Shown here: positions 9,001 through 13,581 of the stretch, in pieces
Numbering within the stretch: the stretch's first letter is position 1
Layout of the letters: each line of letters begins with the position of its first letter
NCBI GenBank assembly: GCA_014239625.1
Contig: JAAZYN010000001.1
Coordinates: forward strand, 1-31,869
Source of the DNA: Myxococcales bacterium
Lineage (GTDB): Bacteria; Myxococcota_A; UBA9042; PHBI01; JAAZYN01
Length of the DNA: 31,869 bases
Direction of reading: 5' to 3'
Program-made: the position numbers and the translations under genes
The notes under the pieces: model-generated
What the model saw: only the letters and a program-made list of their open reading frames with translations
Databases searched by the model: none
What the model was told of the DNA's origin: nothing

Positions 9001-9875
9001 ACGCGTCGTTCAAGGGCGTGTCCAGCGACGAAGTGCTCGAACGTCTCCCGCTGCAAAACCGCGACGACGCAATGGCGTTCGTGTTGGACATGGTCCCGCA
9101 GGCCGTGCTGCCGCTGATGGAGGTCAGGACGAACTACGACCTGTTCCGCAAGCGCAACATCGTCAGCCCGTTCGACGAGGGCCTAGACGAGTCGATGAAG
9201 TACAGCCGGTGGACGTCTCAGACCGCGCGCCACCTGGGCAAACTTCTTGAGATGTCACCAGCCGTCATCGACCACCTGATCTACGGCTACACCGCTGGCA
9301 TGGGACGCGGCGTGGTGAAGATGGGCGACGAGGTACTCGGCCAGCTCGGGCTCTCACCGCAGGGGCCGGCGCTCACGTTGCGCGATGTGCCGGTTGTCGG
9401 CACGCTGCTGAAGGGAGACAGCCTGTCGTCGTCCTCGGCGTCGACCAATGCGTTCTACCGTGAGGTCGAGCGGCTCGACGGCGCCGCCGCCAGCATCCGC
9501 CGGCTGGTCAAGGCGAAGAACTACACAGGGGCTCAGAAGCGTGCCGAGAAAGACGGGCTGGAGATCAGCATCCGGGGCGGCGGGTTCGGGTCGGTCGAGG
9601 AGCGGCTCACAGCCGGCGCCCAGGTCGTCGTGATGAGCGATCGACTGCGTGCCCTACGCAAAGCTCAGCAGGGCATGCGCGACCTCCGTAGCGGGCTCGA
9701 CAGGGCGCTCGGCGACGAGACGCTCAGCCGCGAGGAGAAGTGGACGCATCTGAACCAGGTGTCGGTAGCGCTCGTTAACCTCAGTCGGGTGTCGCTGGGT
9801 AAGGAGCCGCTCGAACGGACGGACCGCGAGAAGGCTCGGACGCTGCCGGTCACCCCGGTCGCGAGTGGGCAGTAG
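27..9875 (+). CDS. Giant polyvalent (DarB-like/LPD38) protein, probable virion-ejected protein; 5'-truncated
   Basis: The frame is open from base 3 to the TTG at 27, so the true start is upstream. Motifs: ART-like YQG...GHDGII...QIVVF (about 2004-2430); Walker A EAGTGKT (4140-4160); DEMH (4362-4373); SAT motif III; GGTGLSLH...QVSGRVAR (Strawberry-notch-like helicase C); methyltransferase EPSVGSG and NPPF (6021-6032); HELGH (6714-6728) plus REGVAE; C-terminal LPD38-like REVTQDFSKQG...VPFF...SPAVIDHLIYGYTAG. Confidence 0.9.
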   Translation: MVGIIASDALPAGESGIQVDPEYLATADIRDLDRPSPVEGAPAIQRQVEGFERVPRAYDPTNPDDRPLTSADTLAYREDIIRGGRAKRSSEMMARGTKAGFGSMVYGTLAERATTVSAAFKQYDEIGGTMPDGTVKRSLASKMATPVLDRVGEWARKRYVDNQAATAPPDHIVGDILDDPQLLSDPDWWAYNTGQMAASIAAFAAPMRGVAAATGAVMRYTSPTAQAVAGLAGGTATEAMVEGSLAWNDAIDRGETEETAAKEAAEVYKRNLVLIGATGSVGFLPRSMIPGSLVSGRLGRAAEATRGVVSESIQEGGQEVITNLAADRPAGEGVATSALLGGLAGGGMQVGFNRLDQARDSARLDREQEAARPWERGQTPAEPPPPVDVVTAKTQPSGGVSPELQENAAIDSETARKTVAITEKPPVATRSTGQISPPAPKGAGDTGGVVRPGEAEVERPPDTSPVLAAPPVTPKREPKSVRPPQVEPFDIENDEIAELDRIEQELETAPFQPKTITPQDRYGEADVSPREAGAPVYDDIIGLSGAFRHYTRGDIRGAIADLKAGKRSVASDLVMDVVRGRRSGERGLSKPIIPLDEDMVEPEPDWVSEEQAAPPVTPKEPWTPKPYGQQETKEETAKRVEDSKAILAPMKAAAERGPGAKVYQGRGADPKDVYGPDAVREGRAVPLFGKAQYYAIEERDARTYGEVTEHDAPQLKNPLVLDSDRAWHDLQRAAGIDLEKSMATEPGNIPALTAKLQAHIRNQGHDGIIVEAGWDGDVNAKGEGIKQLRGKVGHSQIVVFEDAKKPAAPVATKAYQGSGTLRRYIQGADRGQSKSWEEIVDQVRGEGSGFSESQIRRAIIELDADGEIATPGKKTPAEEAGLDLGERTELPVSWTSAFLLGPEARAKTLREATHSGIESEYAAFVAQRGRLELEAESATGPARNDIADQLGMVNGYLEDVQAERARRNDPAYDTNDKGEQQGRLPGAVGDVREQDVVTPQVVSDDDVPFGLTPPVGKKTEVEDGLFGGLSAEYQKALERANAESARHDKVVKQYRAQEVDDDTFIASKARLDAADQAFDLAAEKEAERTNEAPSKPAAPVTPKAVEPSLDDKSRRAALENLDRVQRDPEGSSTKDLLRAAGVLSHQIASLSRKGENPDRVRSLKVDMDHFTAIVGERSKVARKPAPPVKPVEQPAATAPAGDQPPPTGAAIERLKKHGIRVNETTTKNGTPVWELTGKTFDHKAAIKAAGGRWYGPKKAWSIYDASKLTDLVAALDGGDATGSGAQDDTGSGDNTDEDARIKQLRRDEDGRADARLSGSELADLVDAETQRLIRLGLNVGMPAHVVDEQIEDIGGIVTAFENDRPMFLLASEAGTGKTYVLGGAIRELAKRGHTNVTYVTLNQDLITQIKRDLADYGIDHVQFATYSELSSGRSRISVEDGVLMFDEMHSVKNVESARGKAGQKLMEQARLTVMASATPFENPVQAQYLAATGIFGGTDIDSMRERFTDWVKAYGASIRRIRIQTPYGEKEIEIPYWQGGKKEDGAAARQWFVKQGIFHQRTKQLGKDAVDSTFQSVTVTSEWNERYDAVEAVYAGAMNEWQNDQGKPLDAKVHAMIAMHRVNAIKRILEASKVQDGIRLAKQELSDGKAVVLFTETKADREMGRFRESGAKASSPLYGYPEIQQRIAEWEQEAEIARRNFERPPRRPFSEAIETIAKHYHESGTHFELPSVASDIVAGLGGRSKVAIYNGSVSNAAATKNKADFLEGRKRVIIATMAKGGTGLSLHDTTGERPTTQININLPWVATQVDQVSGRVARYGMRSHADIMWVFAKNIPFERELSGRVGRRMRDMGAVVKGVESAAAKVLADDWNMEDEKVDVSGEGTTISTEDEGDIYAQADRRQAQDKGGRARAADTSGDFFPTPYRLAALMTRISGVREGHVVLEPSVGSGRLLTFLPDGVVLTKVEQRGDLAAKQDATQGDFLELASGLGEFDTILMNPPFSKSLDAAHVMRAADLLTPGGRLVAVMGEGVFFRQQKKDAAFRDWLDDRGATVVTLPDNAFKTSGTGVKTRLVVIDETASPGRLDINMADLDADELARVESSVPSRESLRQVAPQSGEALPWDGPSATTDGSQSNLPVTAKGEDQPDSGGGRKVPVTPKRETARNWPGRSPSATTPAHGLTGTAIAQRIAKMIGDLPIAVGKAGRSRAIFKHTGTIREAVAEDFFAELHELGHALDLIVMGWSAAHNRDAIAEELKVVGAPTSMPSYSVKTIRREGVAEYTRRWLMEPDGVRIEAPLFTLVFEAFIQSGTPLAKTLAQAQEETQYLLNLSPEETLGRGIDSTGGPGPVERLNVLLRAADDDPRTGFDRMSVAWNDDAASLKRVTSAMRNGEPGDPAVDAYAQHRFVNGSSGLAKGFLKYGVRDESGKKIGPGLYEALKPVWSEIYTVVGKAGKLQKYLVARRAARMVQLGKESGRTKSEITAGLLLGEMDPRLKVAGEGIDAFRKAMLDWSVRNHLISPEVRAKFDKTWGGYYVPWNKVRDLALRVSSGKGGGRNSRVPFGRFFRGDGRIRDPLMSIITNTFEQVRAGMDNKWKLALVDQATKTEHRGVKGESEQIETLGGRFLDRIVADKHEVFVNFERISDEIFEAARKQGYIPELEAGWMSSKEELLKGHASYWVPNTLAIGGKHYMTVLRHGEREWYEVHDQGLWDLIESGSGQAAAVYLSVLRAPAQLLRRMATSTLGFIQRNVIRDFLSAVNYSKGVYTPLDSINGLMSVLKEDENWQLFLTSGAHGGTVVSQDRNYLRGEIRGLGKTRIRRYAEMIVRNPFEGMRALSELSEHTTRVGEFKKVREMELSGGATDEEGLSRAAWAAREVTQDFSKQGSYAREINQLVPFFAARIGGVTRLAEEVKRSPIQITRRALMTIIMPSMFLWYLNRDDDEYEEIPGWAKRAYTHIPVHQALRDRGWGSHVWIPRAFEFGEISNVLEAVLDASFKGVSSDEVLERLPLQNRDDAMAFVLDMVPQAVLPLMEVRTNYDLFRKRNIVSPFDEGLDESMKYSRWTSQTARHLGKLLEMSPAVIDHLIYGYTAGMGRGVVKMGDEVLGQLGLSPQGPALTLRDVPVVGTLLKGDSLSSSSASTNAFYREVERLDGAAASIRRLVKAKNYTGAQKRAEKDGLEISIRGGGFGSVEERLTAGAQVVVMSDRLRALRKAQQGMRDLRSGLDRALGDETLSREEKWTHLNQVSVALVNLSRVSLGKEPLERTDREKARTLPVTPVASGQ

Positions 9876-9980
9876 GTGACGGCGTGACGCCAAGTGACGG
9901 GGTCTTGTGAGTTCTTCCTCCTGAGAGTCAGACAGAGGAAAAGCACGCAAGTCGGTGTCACCTACCGTCACGCCGTCACC
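9875..9980. repeat. 106-bp ungapped imperfect inverted repeat (axis 9927/9928)
   Basis: 9875-9889 GGTGACGGCGTGACG is the exact reverse complement of 9966-9980. Further paired blocks on the same axis are 9894-9898/9957-9961, 9904-9907/9948-9951 and 9915-9920/9935-9940. Hand count: 35 Watson-Crick pairs over 46 arm positions, plus 3 G.T pairs. Confidence 0.9.
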
Positions 9981-9991
9981 CCGGTCAAGGT

Positions 9992-10007
9992 TGGCCACAG
10001 GTGGCCA
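9992..10007. promoter_or_regulatory. Operator-like palindrome TGGCCAC-AG-GTGGCCA upstream of the lysis cassette
   Basis: Perfect 7-bp inverted repeat with a 2-nt spacer, ending 12 nt before the ATG at 10020. Function is inferred only. Confidence 0.35.
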
Positions 10008-10019
10008 GGATCTTAGCCG

Positions 10020-10370
10020 ATGGACATTTTCATGCAGCTCGTGCTCGGTGGCCTTGTCACGCTATCCCTCACAGCGATTGGCTACGTGGTGAAGACGAAA
10101 ACGGAGGCAATCGTGGCCCAGATGGTCCGAATCGAAACGGCAGTCATTGCGAGCAGCCAGGGTGTCCAGCACGCGCTACGTGTTGCCGCCGCCACCCAGC
10201 TCCTCATGGTCAAGCAGCTCCACGCGCACGACCTCACCGTGACCGGCGTGAACGAGGTATTCGCAGGAAAGGATCTCCCCGAGACCGTTCTCGACCTGAA
10301 ACGCAAGTGTGAGCAGCTCCAAGACGGCATCGAGGATGTGCGTCGGGAGTTGCTGGAGGCTCCGCCATGA
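10020..10370 (+). CDS. Membrane-anchored protein of the lysis region (N-terminal TM helix, C-terminal coiled coil)
   Basis: Hydrophobic LVLGGLVTLSLTAIGYVV. AGGA RBS. ATGA-coupled to the next gene. Confidence 0.7.
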   Translation: MDIFMQLVLGGLVTLSLTAIGYVVKTKTEAIVAQMVRIETAVIASSQGVQHALRVAAATQLLMVKQLHAHDLTVTGVNEVFAGKDLPETVLDLKRKCEQLQDGIEDVRRELLEAPP

Positions 10371-10567
10371 AGGTTTTAGAGTTCCTGTGGAAGAAGATCA
10401 ACGAGCACCCCGGAAAGTTCCAAGCCCTGGTAGTGGGTGTCCTGGCCAATCTCAGCTCGTGGGGGGTCAACCTCAACGGCGAGCAGGTTGCGGGCGCGAT
10501 CACGCTCACGGGACTGGCTATCGCCTTTCTCATCACCGACACGCCTGTTCAAAAAAAGGAAGAGTAA
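10367..10567 (+). CDS. Putative holin (66 aa, two hydrophobic segments, charged C-tail)
   Basis: GGAGG RBS; two TM-like segments; QKKEE tail; lies directly before the endolysin. Confidence 0.6.
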   Translation: MKVLEFLWKKINEHPGKFQALVVGVLANLSSWGVNLNGEQVAGAITLTGLAIAFLITDTPVQKKEE

Positions 10568-10599
10568 ATCGGCACGAGCTTTGCTCAGTCTGTTAGGGT

Positions 10600-11145
10600 A
10601 TGAGCCCATCACTGAATAAATCCGCCGCGCTGCTCGGTTCTGATCGCATGACTGGTCCTGGCGAACATCTCACCTGGTCGGAGATGGCGTGCTGGAATCG
10701 CCTGGTTCAGCCTCGGGTGCTCATTGCCCGTTACCCAGACGAGTGGCGACAGACTCGCGCGATACGGCTGGCCTACGCGTTCGAGGTCATCCGCTGGGCC
10801 TGCCAGCAGATGCCTGGTCGCTCGACGCTGGCGCCGTCGTCACACGCCATCTCGGTGCGCTCGGCGTACCGCACGGAGGGGTACCAGGCGCAGCTCAAGG
10901 CGGCAGGCTACGCGACCGCCGTCAAGAGCCAACACCTACAAGGCCGGGCGCTCGACCTGGCGCCGCCGGCCGGTATGCCGACCGCGCAGTTCTACGAGGT
11001 CATCCACAACCTCGCGACCACCACCATCGAGGAGATCGCCGGCATCGGCGAATACTCGACGTTCGTTCACGTCGACACCCGACCAAACCGGGCTAGGCTG
11101 GCCACATGGCACCGGACGACCCAAGACGCCCAACGCGCCGCATGA
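10600..11145 (+). CDS. Endolysin, peptidase M15 (Zn D-Ala-D-Ala peptidase fold)
   Basis: SAYR...SQHLQGRALD...GIGEY..FVHVDTR motif set typical of M15. The start could instead be the downstream ATG at 10648. Confidence 0.85.
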   Translation: MSPSLNKSAALLGSDRMTGPGEHLTWSEMACWNRLVQPRVLIARYPDEWRQTRAIRLAYAFEVIRWACQQMPGRSTLAPSSHAISVRSAYRTEGYQAQLKAAGYATAVKSQHLQGRALDLAPPAGMPTAQFYEVIHNLATTTIEEIAGIGEYSTFVHVDTRPNRARLATWHRTTQDAQRAA

Positions 11146-11492
11146 TCAGTGAGCTGGCGGACGACTTCCGCCGCGCGCACCCCGGTGCAGATGCCGGGCT
11201 GAATGCCTGGAGGTCCGTGCAGCGGCCGGTGCGCTCAAGGCACACGCGTGAGGTCGTCCCGCCGCCGGTCTCGCATGCCGGCACCGTCGTCTCGCTCATG
11301 GGTCACACGCACGTCCAGTCCGCTCCGCCCCCGGAGCGTGCGCGCTCGGTCACGCCCATCGGCTCCGACCAGGCCGTCTCGCTCGACCGTGGACCGGCGC
11401 CTGGTGAGGTCCGCTGCTCCGACTGCGGCGCCTGGCGGAACGCCGTCCTGTCCATCCGCTGCCCGCGCTGCGGTCTCGCCGAGACCCGATAG
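11142..11492 (+). CDS. Hypothetical protein with C-terminal zinc ribbon (116 aa)
   Basis: ATGA overlap with the endolysin stop gives the start at 11142. CSDCG...CPRCG. Confidence 0.65.
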   Translation: MISELADDFRRAHPGADAGLNAWRSVQRPVRSRHTREVVPPPVSHAGTVVSLMGHTHVQSAPPPERARSVTPIGSDQAVSLDRGPAPGEVRCSDCGAWRNAVLSIRCPRCGLAETR

Positions 11493-11497
11493 GTCAA

Positions 11498-11560
11498 CAG
11501 GTTCGTTAGATCCAGGGAACCTGAAGCGCTGTCACTTTCTGCCACTTTCTGCCAGTTTCG
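11498..11560. promoter_or_regulatory. Inverted repeat plus three 10-bp head-to-tail repeats upstream of the HTH gene
   Basis: CAGGTTC (11498-11504) / GAACCTG (11517-11523); then GTCACTTTCT GCCACTTTCT GCCAGTTTCG (11531-11560), ending 4 nt before the ATG. Confidence 0.55.
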
Positions 11561-11564
11561 AGGT

Positions 11565-11756
11565 ATGCTCGGCCGCGTGAAGGTCGACGACTCGATGGTG
11601 CGCGGGCTCAAGCGGGCGAAAGCGCGGCTCAGGGTGTCGTGGGAGGCGATTGCGGAATTGATCGGCATTCCCGCGCGCAGCTTGCACCGGCTCATCGGCA
11701 CCGGGCGAACCAGTCCCATCACCGCGAGCATCGTCGACGAGTGGTTAAATTCGTAG
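11565..11756 (+). CDS. Small Cro/XRE-like helix-turn-helix regulator
   Basis: 63 aa; SWEAIAELIGIPARSLHRLIGTG has the HTH pattern; GAGGT RBS; first gene after the regulatory repeats. Confidence 0.75.
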   Translation: MLGRVKVDDSMVRGLKRAKARLRVSWEAIAELIGIPARSLHRLIGTGRTSPITASIVDEWLNS

Positions 11757-11773
11757 CAGAAGGAGAGAAAACA

Positions 11774-11998
11774 ATGGGCGCACGAGTCGATCGACCGGAC
11801 ATCATCGCAATGAACAAACTGGGAGAAGTAATTGACGACATCGAGAAGGAGCAAGGGCGACCGGCGCTCGCGCGCATCCTGACCTACGTCATGGAGAACG
11901 CGGGTTTCGAGATTCGAGAAACACCCGCCGAACCGCTGGTATTGGAGCGCGAGCGCGACGCGCCACCACAGGACGAAGGAGACGCGGCGCCGGCCTGA
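11774..11998 (+). CDS. Hypothetical protein (74 aa)
   Basis: AGGAG RBS at 11761 selects the ATG at 11774 (MGARVDRP...). Confidence 0.65.
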   Translation: MGARVDRPDIIAMNKLGEVIDDIEKEQGRPALARILTYVMENAGFEIRETPAEPLVLERERDAPPQDEGDAAPA

Positions 11999-12034
11999 AG
12001 CGGCGACGACACATCGGCCCATCAGGAGCAACCC

Positions 12035-12253
12035 ATGACCAACGAACTCCACGACGAACTCGACCGCGTGCGGCAGCAGCTCGACCAGGCTGGCCACGCG
12101 GTCATGCACGTCAACGATTCGATGACCTTGCGCCACCCGCATCCGCTTAAGGGGATGACGGCTCAGCTCGAAGTGGACATCAGGCGCCTCGCGCGTCGGT
12201 GCGCCGGCCTGGCTGAGCAGGCGCAGGGCGCAAGGGAGGTCGCGAGTGTATAA
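12035..12253 (+). CDS. Hypothetical helical/coiled-coil protein (72 aa)
   Basis: AGGAG RBS; heptad-like pattern; overlaps the next start. Confidence 0.65.
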   Translation: MTNELHDELDRVRQQLDQAGHAVMHVNDSMTLRHPHPLKGMTAQLEVDIRRLARRCAGLAEQAQGAREVASV

Positions 12254-12602
12254 CCAAAAAAACCGTCTGGGTCAGATGGCGCCAGGTGCCATCGCGCAGC
12301 TCTTGGAAGAGGCGCGGTCGATGGCTGATGGACAACTCCCGCTCAGCGCGATCAATCAAGATCATCTACACGCGCTGTTCGGGCTGGCTGGGGCGAAGGA
12401 GGCAGGCGCCAACGCCACCACGAAACAGCTCGGGCAACTGGTGGAGGCGCTCACCGGCATCATGGTGAAAGGGGGGCTCACGCTACTCCACGTCGAGGGG
12501 CGGTATGTCGACCAGGCGAAGACCGCGAAGTCGCTCGTTGAGGTCGAACCGGTCGGCACGGGGTACCGCATCACGCGGACGAATCAAGACACGGTGAACT
12601 GA
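12246..12602 (+). CDS. Hypothetical protein (118 aa)
   Basis: GTG start with AGGGAGGT RBS at 5-nt spacing; codon usage fits the genome. Confidence 0.7.
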   Translation: MYNQKNRLGQMAPGAIAQLLEEARSMADGQLPLSAINQDHLHALFGLAGAKEAGANATTKQLGQLVEALTGIMVKGGLTLLHVEGRYVDQAKTAKSLVEVEPVGTGYRITRTNQDTVN

Positions 12603-12615
12603 AGGAGGTCAAACC

Positions 12616-13044
12616 ATGGGAGATATTCGAGACAGACGGTGGCCGGCGGGGATCACGTTCAATGCGAGCACGGTGCAGGGCGAGCACGGTGGTTCATTTG
12701 CCGTGTTGTCAGACGAGTATGACGATGGCGACTGCGAGGTCTACGTCACATTGCCGGCGAAAATGGAGCCGTGTGGGACCTGTCGCGGAACGGGATCGCA
12801 TGTCAATCCCAACATCGATCGCCACGGGCTAAGTGGCGAGGATTTCGAGGATCGAGACTTCGCGTCTAATTACGCGAGTGGTGTCTTCGACGTCGTGTGT
12901 TCGTGGTGCCGGGGTGTAGGCGTGGCTCCTACGCTCGATGAGTCGCGTTGCTCGCCTGACGAGCTGGATATCTGGCACGACCATTTCGATGCGGAAGCCG
13001 CGCATGAGGCCGAGTGTGCGGCAGAGCGACGAATGGGGTGTTGA
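12616..13044 (+). CDS. Protein with DnaJ-type CxxCxGxG zinc-finger motifs
   Basis: AAGGAGGT RBS; PCGTCRGTG and CSWCRGVG. Confidence 0.75.
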   Translation: MGDIRDRRWPAGITFNASTVQGEHGGSFAVLSDEYDDGDCEVYVTLPAKMEPCGTCRGTGSHVNPNIDRHGLSGEDFEDRDFASNYASGVFDVVCSWCRGVGVAPTLDESRCSPDELDIWHDHFDAEAAHEAECAAERRMGC

Positions 13045-13053
13045 GGTAGGATG

Positions 13054-13088
13054 AAAAAAGCCCGGCGCCCCTGGAGAGGGCGTCGGGC
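13054..13088 (-). terminator. Intrinsic terminator oriented for minus-strand transcripts
   Basis: 13-bp stem AGCCCGGCGCCCT/AGGGCGTCGGGCT (one G.T) with a GGAG loop, preceded on + by AAAAAA, which is a hairpin followed by TTTTTT on the minus strand. Confidence 0.65.
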
Positions 13089-13140
13089 TAGGCCGCAGAG
13101 GAGAGTGACAGCGTCCAACCACGCAGGAGGTCAATCGCGC

Positions 13141-13581
13141 ATGACAGACAAGAAAAGCCTACCACAAGAGTCTCGCCACGACGCCTTCTTTGAGCGCAAG
13201 CTCCGCGACTCTGAGGCCGGCGTCAAGGTACACCTGGTCATCATGGAGCGCTACGCGCGCACCACGGCGTCAGTGACCAATCCGCAGCAGGTTGCGGCGG
13301 CAGCATTCGCGATTCGGTATCCCTCGCGCTGGGGCGCCATCGCCCAGGCCGTCGCGGACGACACCCTCATCGAGCAGCTCGCCGCGCGCTACATGCTCGG
13401 CACGACGCTGGAGAACGTCAAGCCGAAGGTGCGGGCGAGCATCTTGCAAGCGTTCCACACAGCACAGCGCCGATACCTCGACGTGTTCACGGGGGATTGG
13501 CCGACCACGCCTGCTCAGCAGGTTCACATCCTTGGAGGAGAGACAGATGAACGACCAGGAGCCACCAGTGGAAACCGTTGA
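13141..13581 (+). CDS. Hypothetical protein (146 aa)
   Basis: AGGAGG RBS at about 13125-13130 selects ATG 13141 rather than 13051, whose first codons are the terminator hairpin. Confidence 0.65.
   Translation: MTDKKSLPQESRHDAFFERKLRDSEAGVKVHLVIMERYARTTASVTNPQQVAAAAFAIRYPSRWGAIAQAVADDTLIEQLAARYMLGTTLENVKPKVRASILQAFHTAQRRYLDVFTGDWPTTPAQQVHILGGETDERPGATSGNR

Noticed and set aside
11303-12142. Minus-strand 279-aa ORF as a cI-like repressor divergent from the Cro-like gene
   Set aside because: It overlaps four plus-strand genes and has no HTH or S24 peptidase motif.
13051-13140. N-terminal extension MKKARRPWRGRRAR of the ORF ending at 13581
   Set aside because: It is simply the translation of the terminator hairpin; the RBS points to ATG 13141.
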